Positions 24,800 to 32,916 of a DNA stretch of 64,000 nucleotides are shown here, one piece after another (the stretch's first letter is position 1; every line of letters starts with the position of its first letter). The DNA comes from Eubacteriales bacterium OttesenSCG-928-K08 (GTDB lineage: Bacteria; Bacillota; Clostridia; Christensenellales; CAG-138): NCBI GenBank assembly GCA_030266105.1, contig JAJDHH010000005.1, positions 961-64,960 on the forward strand. The letters run 5' to 3'. The position numbers were made by a program, and so were the translations under genes. A model generated the notes under the pieces. That model did not search any database, was not told the origin of the DNA, and was given only the letters and a program-made list of their open reading frames with translations.

Positions 24800-24842
24800 C
24801 ATGAGAGCTTCGGCGCAACCACCGCCGGGCTTTCATGTTTTT
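24800..24842 (+). terminator. plus-strand intrinsic terminator
   Basis: The outer stem catgagagc/gctttcatg has 9 bp including one G-U. The inner stem is cggcg/cgccg. Five T follow at 24838-24842. Confidence 0.65.
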
Positions 24843-24864
24843 GGCGCTTCACTTTAGCGGTTCA
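24843..24864. repeat. right arm of perfect 22-bp inverted repeat
   Basis: ggcgcttcactttagcggttca starts immediately after the terminator T-run. Confidence 0.95.
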
Positions 24865-24876
24865 CGACACCGCCTC

Positions 24877-25086
24877 TTAACTTGCTTTGGGGAAACGTTT
24901 AAAAAGCCAAGCCATTTCATAGTGCGGAAAATGTATGCTATGAATTAATCGAACCTCATAGTATGTCCAAGCATAGGTGCCATTCAGTTTGTTTTGAATA
25001 GTGTTTCTGTGTGCAGTGAGCGTGACCGCTAGGTCATTGATTGTAACTGCTTCCCGTTCCATGGCGGTTTTAAGGTTGTGAAACAA
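24877..25086 (-). CDS. Cro-like small HTH regulator
   Basis: TTG start 7 nt after GGAGGG. Reads ..MEREAVTINDLAVTLTAHRNTIQNKLNG... Divergent from the cI-like gene. Confidence 0.6.
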   Translation of the reverse strand: MFHNLKTAMEREAVTINDLAVTLTAHRNTIQNKLNGTYAWTYYEVRLIHSIHFPHYEMAWLFKRFPKAS

Positions 25087-25110
25087 TACGGCTCCCTCCT
25101 TTAATCTTTT

Positions 25111-25188
25111 CTTTTGTCAAGATGATGATAGTCTAAATCCGTACTTTTGTCAATATTTATTTTTCATTTGTACAGATTTTTATTGACC
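25111..25188. promoter_or_regulatory. divergent switch region: repeated TTGACAAAAG boxes and facing promoters
   Basis: cttttgtcaa occurs at 25111-25120 and 25144-25153. Minus strand has TTGACA-N17-TATCAT. Plus strand has TTGACC-N17-TAACAT at 25183 onward. Confidence 0.45.
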
Positions 25189-25230
25189 GCTTGTATTACT
25201 CGTGATAACATGTTGCCGAGGTGATATAAG

Positions 25231-25665
25231 ATGGCAATAGGAGATAAGCTCCAAAGACTTTTGCAAATAAGAAAAACCAACGTCAATCAATTGTCGTTGG
25301 CTACAGGCGTAAATGTAAATACGATTTACGGAATTATTAGACGCAATAATACAAAGGTTAAACTTGAGGACTTACAAGCCATCTGTGACGCACTTGGCGT
25401 AACCCTTGACTATTTTGCAGATGTTGGGCATACCTCAATTGATATTTCTCTTACGAAGCAAGAGCATATGCTTTTGTCTAGCTTTAACCTCGCATCTCCC
25501 GACGATCAAAAGATACTTTTGCGCATTGCTGAGCTTGCCGCTCAAGTAACCCCACAAGAGCAGCCGGAGACAGATGATCAAGCGACCGCAACTGCACGGC
25601 AGGTTGTTGAAGAGCTTGGGCAAGCTCGTTTACAAGAAGATAGCCCGGCAACTGAGGAAGCTTAA
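25231..25665 (+). CDS. XRE-family CI-like repressor
   Basis: HTH_3 motif LQIRKTNVNQLSLATGVNVNTIYGIIRRNNTKVKLEDLQAICDALGVTLDYF. Confidence 0.8.
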   Translation: MAIGDKLQRLLQIRKTNVNQLSLATGVNVNTIYGIIRRNNTKVKLEDLQAICDALGVTLDYFADVGHTSIDISLTKQEHMLLSSFNLASPDDQKILLRIAELAAQVTPQEQPETDDQATATARQVVEELGQARLQEDSPATEEA

Positions 25666-25898
25666 AATACCGCACATCACAGTCTGGAATATCAACATAA
25701 ATCTTCTTCATTTGTTTGCCCCCTCTTTCGAATGTTTGTTTGGTTAGATTATTATTGTATACCAAATGGAAATTAACAGTCAATATAGTATCCTATATGG
25801 AAATATTATGTCAGAAACACACACTACTATGTTGTTGCGGGCCTATGGCATATACTGGTATAATCGTAACAAATATGTAGATTGGATGATGCTGAAAT

Positions 25899-26558
25899 AT
25901 GAGTGCAAAAACTAAGATTTGTAAAGCAAAGAAATATGTCATAGCGATTGGCGTCTGCATGCTGGCGGGCATATTAGCAGCGTGCCAAGGTTCGCAAACA
26001 GCAGGAGCCGACCCCGACCCCATCCCCGAAAGCACGCCGACACCCATCTATACGCCAGCGCCCATCTATAACGAGTTAATATCTGTAGAGTGGAATGGAA
26101 TAACGCTGGACGTGCCTGATACGTGCGTTATTGAGAAAAGCGATGGCATGTTTACCGCGATGCTTGATGCGGATGGGCAGGTTTTTTGGATTGCGATTTC
26201 GTCTATGGATACGTATATAACCCGCGAACATATCGCTTCATCGGAAGAATATGCGAAACTGTTTCAAACGCTTATCACAGAACAGGCATTAGAGGTTACC
26301 GTTGATGCTGCAGGCTTCACGGAAGTTTCCAACATGACGGTCCCGTATGTATCATTTACAGGAACAATGAACGCTATTGAAGGTACTATGTTTTTTGAGG
26401 CACAAATCACTACAAATGCATGTACGTTCATAAACGGTCAGAAACAATATATATTCGTGGAAATGCATCATTCTCAAAATTCACACGGGTTCCAATCGCT
26501 AACAAAGAGCGTTATTGATTCGATAACGGTTTTGCTGGATGAAGTATCGCGTAACTGA
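25899..26558 (+). CDS. prophage lipoprotein
   Basis: Signal peptide with lipobox ..CMLAGILAAC|QGS. Upstream is a TGgTATAAT extended -10. Confidence 0.65.
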   Translation: MSAKTKICKAKKYVIAIGVCMLAGILAACQGSQTAGADPDPIPESTPTPIYTPAPIYNELISVEWNGITLDVPDTCVIEKSDGMFTAMLDADGQVFWIAISSMDTYITREHIASSEEYAKLFQTLITEQALEVTVDAAGFTEVSNMTVPYVSFTGTMNAIEGTMFFEAQITTNACTFINGQKQYIFVEMHHSQNSHGFQSLTKSVIDSITVLLDEVSRN

Positions 26559-26637
26559 CTTGAGGGCAAGGTTATGGCGATCAAGAGAAGATCCGGACGA
26601 AGGCCGATTTGAAAAACAAAATCAGGAGGAACATACT

Positions 26638-26874
26638 ATGATATGTCCAAAATGCAAAAACACTAATGTGACCGTCCAGGCCGTGACTGAAATCAAAAAG
26701 AAACGCCACGGCTGGGCTTACTGGGTGTTTTTCGGTTGGCTTTTTGACATGCTGCTCTGGATTTTTCTATTCCTTCCGCGCCTGATAATCCAGATTTTCA
26801 AACGCGAAAAAACCGTTAGCAAAATAAAATCACGCGCCGTGTGCCAAACATGCGGCCATTCGTGGGATGTGTAG
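26638..26874 (+). CDS. zinc-ribbon membrane protein (78 aa)
   Basis: ATG follows AGGAGGA. Reads MICPKCKN...(TM WAYWVFFGWLFDMLLWIFLFLP)...CQTCGHSW. Confidence 0.5.
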   Translation: MICPKCKNTNVTVQAVTEIKKKRHGWAYWVFFGWLFDMLLWIFLFLPRLIIQIFKREKTVSKIKSRAVCQTCGHSWDV

Positions 26875-26928
26875 ATGGCGGCAAGAAAGCCAGACAGCTC
26901 CCCCCTATGACCAACTCGGAGGCCCATC

Positions 26929-28023
26929 ATGCTATGTAAAAAATGCAAAAAAGAGATCCCGCCAGATAGCGCGTTTTGTAACTGGTGCGGAGCGGCTCAA
27001 GCCCCGCGCGAAAAATCCGTCAAAAAGCGCGGAAATGGCCAGGGCTCTGTTTACAAGCTTGCTAACGGGCGCTGGATGGCCGAATGCCGCATAATGCACG
27101 GCGGGCAGGATAAACGCTCAAGGCGCACGTTTACGACCCGCACGGCAGCGCTGGAGTGGCTAAAAACCGCAGACCCAACCGTTAAAAAGGAAGTTACGCT
27201 AAAGTCACTATATGAGGCATGGAGCACAAGCGCCATGCTTAAATTATCAGACTCAAAACAAACCGCGCACAAGATCGCCTATAACCGATTTTCTGATCTG
27301 CAATACGCGCCAATCAAAGATATAAAGATCGAAGACCTGCAAAGCATGGTAGATGATAACGGGACCTCGTATTACACTAAACGCGACATGAAGAGCCTGC
27401 TCTCACACCTTTACAAACGGGCAGTTGCACAGCAGGATGTGACAACAAATTTAGCCCTATATATCGAATTGCCGAAATTGGAAGAATCTGTTCCGGAGCC
27501 CTTTACCGAAGATGAGTTGAAGCTGCTATGGACTGATTATGGAAATGAAAATAAGTTCACCGGCTACATACTGCTTATGATCTATTCGGGCATGATGCCG
27601 GGCGAGCTCTTACAAGCTACAAAAGATATGATTGACTGGGAGACCCAAACCATCACCGGCTGCGGGCTTAAGACTAAAAAGCGCAAGTCTACGCCGATCG
27701 TAATTGCTGATTTTATGGTCCCTGTGCTCGCTGACCTCTTGAGCCTTGGATCAGGCGGGAAGCTCGTAGGCATGAGCAAGAATCAATTCTATGATGAGTA
27801 CCACTCCACAATGCAGCGCATAGGGTGTCGCGACCTACCTCCCTACTCATGCAGGCACACAACGGCTACCGCTATGGCGCTGGGAAACATCGCCCCTTCA
27901 GTTATACAAGAGGTTATGCGCCACTCAAAAATTACCACAACACAACGTTACATCCACATCGATCAGCGCCCAATGTTGGATGCTGTAAATACGCTTAAAA
28001 CTCAAATTAACAGTGGGCAATAG
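26929..28023 (+). CDS. int: tyrosine site-specific integrase with N-terminal zinc ribbon
   Basis: N-terminus is CKKCKKEIPPDSAFCNWCG. The C-terminal catalytic box is SCRHTTATAMALGNIAPSVIQEVMRHSKITTTQRYIH. Confidence 0.9.
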   Translation: MLCKKCKKEIPPDSAFCNWCGAAQAPREKSVKKRGNGQGSVYKLANGRWMAECRIMHGGQDKRSRRTFTTRTAALEWLKTADPTVKKEVTLKSLYEAWSTSAMLKLSDSKQTAHKIAYNRFSDLQYAPIKDIKIEDLQSMVDDNGTSYYTKRDMKSLLSHLYKRAVAQQDVTTNLALYIELPKLEESVPEPFTEDELKLLWTDYGNENKFTGYILLMIYSGMMPGELLQATKDMIDWETQTITGCGLKTKKRKSTPIVIADFMVPVLADLLSLGSGGKLVGMSKNQFYDEYHSTMQRIGCRDLPPYSCRHTTATAMALGNIAPSVIQEVMRHSKITTTQRYIHIDQRPMLDAVNTLKTQINSGQ

Positions 28024-28085
28024 AGTGGGCAATAGGACGAAATTATGCGATATTTAGCGATACTTTTGAAGCCGGTAAAGCGGCA

Positions 28086-28120
28086 ACAAAAAACCCGCTA
28101 AGCCTTACACTTAGCGGGTT
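28086..28120 (-). terminator. terminator of the tRNA-Ser pair
   Basis: Minus strand reads aacccgctaag-tgtaagg-cttagcgggtt followed by TTTTTT. Confidence 0.6.
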
Positions 28121-28213
28121 TGGCGGAGACGGAGAGATTCGAACTCTCGCACCAGTTATCCCAGCCTACTCCCTTAGCAGGGGAGCCCCTTATAGCCACT
28201 TGGGTACGTCTCC
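28121..28213 (-). tRNA. tRNA-Ser (anticodon GCU)
   Basis: Reverse complement is GGAGACG..CTCCC-CTGCTAA-GGGAG..long variable arm..GAGAGTTCGAATCTCTC-CGTCTCC-GCCA. Folded by hand. Confidence 0.9.
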
Positions 28214-28222
28214 ATTATAATT

Positions 28223-28310
<88 letters not shown>

Positions 28311-28478
28311 ATATTCGCTATTAAACTATCATATATATCCAGCGTGTCCGGGCATTTTTCCATCAAACGCTACTGCATTATAGCAAATGGAGCTTATGCT
28401 GTCAAGCACGCAACCTGCCCTTAATCTGAACAAAATCTTTGCGTTGACCCTCTGCTTTTCTTTTCAAAAATGAAGCTT

Positions 28479-29438
28479 TTATTCTTTGTCGTATAGCTCG
28501 CTTCTCACCCTGTTTGTAAAATCGATTGCATCAAAAATTGACTGCTCAAGCAAGCGTATAAACTCCTGTGCGGCACCCGACAGTTTCCAGTTTTTTGCCC
28601 AGATATAACCTAGGCGCATGCTATCCTCACCATCAAGCGGCACTGAAATCATGCGGGTATCCATAAATTCTTCCACAATCAACCCGCTGCCGCTAGAAAT
28701 TGCATCGGTGCTTGCAATAACATTAACGGCCGTAGCCCTATCATTAACATTGATTATCTGCGAAGGTTTTTTGAATGAAAGCAAGCGGATCTCCTCAGAA
28801 AAGTCTATAGCCACACCCTGATCGTGCTCAAAGCTTACATACATATATCCTTCAAGATCAGCAGGAGACAGTTTCTTTTTTAACGCAAGCGGATGCCCAC
28901 GGCGCATAAACACGCTTGGCTGTAACGCGACAATTTCATGAAACGCTATTCCCTTAAGTTCCAGCAGCCGGAGTATATACTTTTCGGTCATTCGCGAAAG
29001 AAAAATTACGCCCAAATCACAGCGGTGGTCGTAAACCTCATCGATCACAGAATCCATGCCGAGTTCTTTTATCGAAAAATGAAAGCGTCGGGTTTGCATG
29101 CCCCTTATAAGGCGAATGAACGCATCCTCTGAAAAAGGGTAACGCTGCGTCGCAACACTAAAACGCATGGGTGAAGTATCTCTATGGTTTTTGTAGATGT
29201 TTTCCACATGTTCTTTTTGATCCAATATGGAAATCGCATACTCCAGGAACTCTTTTCCGGGGCGCGTTAAGCTTACGCCCCTGTTGTTTCGTTCAAACAA
29301 AGTCACACTCAGCTCCTGTTCAAGCTCACGTATGGCTGTTGATACGCTGGATTGTGAGATAAGCAGCTTTTTTGCGGCTTTATTGATAGAACCACATCGT
29401 GAAATTTCAAGAACATAAGTCAGCTGCGAAAAATTCAT
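28479..29438 (-). CDS. LysR-family transcriptional regulator
   Basis: N-terminal HTH is MNFSQLTYVLEISRCGSINKAAKKLLISQSSVSTAIRELEQEL. Confidence 0.9.
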   Translation of the reverse strand: MNFSQLTYVLEISRCGSINKAAKKLLISQSSVSTAIRELEQELSVTLFERNNRGVSLTRPGKEFLEYAISILDQKEHVENIYKNHRDTSPMRFSVATQRYPFSEDAFIRLIRGMQTRRFHFSIKELGMDSVIDEVYDHRCDLGVIFLSRMTEKYILRLLELKGIAFHEIVALQPSVFMRRGHPLALKKKLSPADLEGYMYVSFEHDQGVAIDFSEEIRLLSFKKPSQIINVNDRATAVNVIASTDAISSGSGLIVEEFMDTRMISVPLDGEDSMRLGYIWAKNWKLSGAAQEFIRLLEQSIFDAIDFTNRVRSELYDKE

Positions 29439-29659
29439 GGCACACCCCTATATAACAGCTATGCAGTTTGTTTTCGTTATAGAATAATTCGATAACTGGA
29501 TACTGCAATCCAATTCTACCACTGCATTTAAATTTTGTGATATGCTAATAATATCATAGAATAGTTGGCAAATATAGTTCAACTCTGTTGAAAGCAGAAT
29601 TTTCGATAACTAACGTAAGCAACACACAATAAAATATGCTGGAAAGGACTGTTTGAAGT

Positions 29660-30856
29660 ATGAGCACAAACAAAAACCACGGCTTTGCCACAAGGCAGAT
29701 TCACGCAGGCACACAAAAAGCAAGCAACGGCCCCCTTTGCGCGCCTATTTACCAAACCTCAACATTCCGTTTTGACACTGTGGAGCAAGGCGGCGCACGC
29801 TTTGCAGGCGAAGAGCAGGGCTACATTTACACACGCCTTGGAAACCCAACTCAATTGCTGGTGGAAGAAAAACTTGCTTCGCTCGAAAATGGCGAGGCAG
29901 CGCTTGCGACGGCATCGGGCATGGGTGCGATATCCTCCGCGCTTTGGACAGCGCTTCGCGCTGGCGACGAGATCGTAGCGGACGATACGCTCTATGGCTG
30001 CACTTATGCGCTGTTTAACCACGGCCTGACACGCTTTGATGTAAAAACAAATTTTGTTGATATGTCCGACCCAGCTCGTATCGAAAAATATCTGACCCCT
30101 AAAACAAAGGTCGTATATTTTGAAACGCCCTGCAATCCAACATTAAAAATCATTAACATTGAAGAAGTTTCCCGCATCGCTCACGCATATAACCCCGAAA
30201 TCATAGTGATGGTGGATAATACCTTCTGCTCCCCCTACCTGCAAAGGCCCCTCGATTTAGGTGCGGACGTAGTGCTCCATAGCGCCACAAAATACCTAAA
30301 CGGTCATGGTGATGTAATTGCTGGCGTTGTGGTTTCAAACCAGGCGTTCATAAGTGAGTGCCGTATGTTCGGTTTAAAGGATATGACGGGTGCAGTGCTC
30401 TCCCCCTTTGATGCGTTCCTTCTCGCGCGTGGCCTAAAAACATTGGATATTCGCATGGAGCGCCACTCAAACAACGCTGAAAAAATCGCAGCATTTCTAA
30501 AAGAGCACCCCTCAGTGGCAACAGTGTATTATCCCGGCTTTGAGGATTTCCCCAACCATGCCGTTGCCAAAAAGCAGATGCAACGCTTTGGTGGCATGAT
30601 TGCCGTAGAGTTAAAAGCGGATCGTCAAAAAACGGCCGCCTGCCTTAATAAACTCCAGCTTTGTGCAATCGCCGTAAGCCTTGGCGACGCTGAGACGCTT
30701 GTTGAACATCCCGCAACGATGACACACTCCACTTACACCGCGGAAGAACTAAAAGGCGCTGGCATTTCTGAAGGCTTAATTCGCATTTCCGCCGGCTTGG
30801 AAAATCCTGAGGATATAATCGCCGACCTCAAAGAGGTATTGGATCTTCTGGTATAA
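29660..30856 (+). CDS. PLP-dependent Cys/Met-metabolism enzyme, methionine gamma-lyase-like
   Basis: 398 aa. Reads FATRQIHAG... and the PLP-Lys motif HSATKYLNGHGDVIAG. Confidence 0.8.
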   Translation: MSTNKNHGFATRQIHAGTQKASNGPLCAPIYQTSTFRFDTVEQGGARFAGEEQGYIYTRLGNPTQLLVEEKLASLENGEAALATASGMGAISSALWTALRAGDEIVADDTLYGCTYALFNHGLTRFDVKTNFVDMSDPARIEKYLTPKTKVVYFETPCNPTLKIINIEEVSRIAHAYNPEIIVMVDNTFCSPYLQRPLDLGADVVLHSATKYLNGHGDVIAGVVVSNQAFISECRMFGLKDMTGAVLSPFDAFLLARGLKTLDIRMERHSNNAEKIAAFLKEHPSVATVYYPGFEDFPNHAVAKKQMQRFGGMIAVELKADRQKTAACLNKLQLCAIAVSLGDAETLVEHPATMTHSTYTAEELKGAGISEGLIRISAGLENPEDIIADLKEVLDLLV

Positions 30857-30907
30857 GCTTTTATAATTAAGCTTCATGCTTTGCACGGTAACCCTTAAGA
30901 GCTGCCG

Positions 30908-31591
30908 CTATTGCGGCAGCTCTGTTATTTCGTGGCGGGAGTTAAGCGTAAACAGATTTTTTCTGTATTCCAACAGGCCGTCCTTTTGCATAGCGCTCAG
31001 TTCACGAGAAAGCGCACTGCGTTCAACACACAAATAGTCCGCGAGCTCCTGCCTGTTAAATGGAAGTGTAATTTTGTTGCTCTTATCGCTCACTGCTTGT
31101 TCCGATAGGAAAGACAATAATTTTTCCCGAACGGTTCTCCTGGAAATATGCTCCATCTTTTTAGTAAGCAGAATGTTCTTTTGTGCAAGAACACGCAGCA
31201 TGTTAAAAATAAGCTGCGAATGAAAAACACATGCAGAAGAACATTCTTTAACTATCTTCCTATAGTCAAGCAGCATTATTGTTGAATCCTGCGCAGCAAC
31301 TACACTAACCGGAAGCTGTTGCGCCTGTGCGCAGGAGAACGATTCTCCAAACAACCCACCCGGCTCAACATGCGCGAGAATTGTCCTCCCACCCCAAAAA
31401 TCTTCCTGCACTACATTTGCGCTGCCCGATAAAACAACACCCACATTGACAGCATGCTCGCCAACACGAAAAATGAAATCATCTCTTTTGTAATCATAGA
31501 ACCTTGCTTGCAAGCAGATTAGCAGGGAATCCAAATCCGATTTTTCTATATCAGCAAAAAGCGGGCAGTTTAATAAAATAGTCTTTTCCAT
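30908..31591 (-). CDS. Crp/Fnr-family transcriptional regulator
   Basis: cNMP-binding-like N-terminus plus C-terminal HTH ..RQELADYLCVERSALSRELSAMQKDG. Confidence 0.85.
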   Translation of the reverse strand: MEKTILLNCPLFADIEKSDLDSLLICLQARFYDYKRDDFIFRVGEHAVNVGVVLSGSANVVQEDFWGGRTILAHVEPGGLFGESFSCAQAQQLPVSVVAAQDSTIMLLDYRKIVKECSSACVFHSQLIFNMLRVLAQKNILLTKKMEHISRRTVREKLLSFLSEQAVSDKSNKITLPFNRQELADYLCVERSALSRELSAMQKDGLLEYRKNLFTLNSRHEITELPQ

Positions 31592-31705
31592 GATTATTTC
31601 CCTTATCGTTGCAAATGCAACGTATTATGTGTCAAAAGTGTAGTATGCTATGTTCATAAAGTCAAGCGTACATCAAGGCATATGCGTAAAAAACCGGAGG
31701 TATTT

Positions 31706-32416
31706 ATGGTTAGAAGAATTATTAAAATTGATGAAAAAAAATGCAATGGCTGCGGCCTTTGTGCGGCTGCCTGCCATGAAGGCGCAATAGGCATGCAAAA
31801 CGGAAAAGCCAAGCTTTTGCGCGATGATTATTGCGATGGTCTGGGCGATTGCCTGCCCGCCTGCCCCACCGGCGCAATCACTTTTGAAGAACGCGAGGCG
31901 GCTGCATATGATGAAGCTGCTGTAAAGGCGCGAATGGAAAAAGCAAAACAAAACACTATCGCAACCGGCTGCCCGAGCAGCCGCGCATATGCACAAACGC
32001 CTGCTGCAATTTTGGATCAAGCGCATGAAGCGCCAAGCCAATTGGCGCAGTGGCCTGTACAAATAAAACTGATGCCGGTTAATGCTCCATATTTTAACGA
32101 TGCGCACTTGCTCATATCTGCCGATTGCGCAGCTTATTCATATGCAAACTTCCACGCTAAATTCATGAGCAACCGAATAACACTCATAGGGTGCCCAAAA
32201 CTTGATTCGATCGATTACAGCGAAAAGCTTGCAGAGGTATTCAAGCAAAACAACATCAAATCGGTTATCATTGTGCGCATGGAGGTGCCTTGCTGCGGCG
32301 GTTTGGAAAACGCCGTATACAATGCCCTAAAAATCAGTGGGAAGAATATTCCCTTAGAGATCGTCACGCTATCTACTAATGGTGAAATTATAAAAACAAA
32401 CAGTAAAGGAGAATGA
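31706..32416 (+). CDS. 4Fe-4S dicluster domain protein
   Basis: CNGCGLCAAACHEG and CDGLGDCLPACPTGA motifs. ATG follows GGAGGT. Confidence 0.7.
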   Translation: MVRRIIKIDEKKCNGCGLCAAACHEGAIGMQNGKAKLLRDDYCDGLGDCLPACPTGAITFEEREAAAYDEAAVKARMEKAKQNTIATGCPSSRAYAQTPAAILDQAHEAPSQLAQWPVQIKLMPVNAPYFNDAHLLISADCAAYSYANFHAKFMSNRITLIGCPKLDSIDYSEKLAEVFKQNNIKSVIIVRMEVPCCGGLENAVYNALKISGKNIPLEIVTLSTNGEIIKTNSKGE

Positions 32417-32417
32417 C

Positions 32418-32753
32418 ATGGAAAAGCTCATCAAAAATATCGCTCATAGCGAAGTGCTTCCACTCGCTGCTCAAGTACAGTATCTTGAGGGGCAAATCGT
32501 CAGCAAAACGCTGGCGCAAACTAAGGATCACAGCCTGACATTATTTGCGTTTGATAAAGGTGAGGAAATCAGCTCCCACGATTCGCAGGGGGATGCAATG
32601 GTTATTGCTCTTGATGGCACAGGCAAAATCACAATCGATGATACGGAGCACATAATTAAGGCGGGCGATGTTATTATCATGCCCGCGACAATCCCACATG
32701 CGGTGTTTGCGCAGGAGCAGTTCAAAATGCTGTTGACCGTCATTTTTCCATAG
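32418..32753 (+). CDS. cupin-domain protein
   Basis: 111 aa with ..GEEISSHDSQGDAMVIALDG...GDVIIMPATIPHAV. Confidence 0.7.
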   Translation: MEKLIKNIAHSEVLPLAAQVQYLEGQIVSKTLAQTKDHSLTLFAFDKGEEISSHDSQGDAMVIALDGTGKITIDDTEHIIKAGDVIIMPATIPHAVFAQEQFKMLLTVIFP

Positions 32754-32916
32754 TCGATAATAACCGTTTGCGTAAAAAAATAACATGCCGGAGTAAAGAA
32801 ACATTATCGCTATATCAATTGTTTTTTTGTTATCCGGTATGTTATACTTTTGATTTGACAAGTATGCATTTTTTATTGCATAAAATCTTATCAGAGTAGT
32901 TTCAGGAGGTTTGCAA

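Larger units (their letters stand above)
7045..28023. mobile_element. siphovirus-type prophage, apparently deletion-riddled; right end at integrase next to tRNA-Ser genes, left end uncertain
   Basis: Contiguous integrase, cI/cro-like switch, portal, MuF, scaffold, major tail, G/GT chaperone, tape measure, Dit and Tal-like genes. Composition changes near 7040. No att repeat found by eye. Confidence 0.8.

Noticed and set aside
24589-24864. Retron msr/msd interpretation of the 22-bp inverted repeat
   Set aside because: Retron ncRNAs are flanked by such repeats. However, no reverse transcriptase (no YxDD-containing ORF) is present anywhere in the window, and the right arm lies after a terminator.
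25484-25783. 99-aa minus-strand ORF with an internal start MKKIYVDIPDCDV after a good AGAGGGGG RBS
   Set aside because: About 180 nt of it is antisense to the 3' end of the cI-like gene, and the peptide has no recognisable features. A short real gene cannot be excluded, but the evidence is insufficient.
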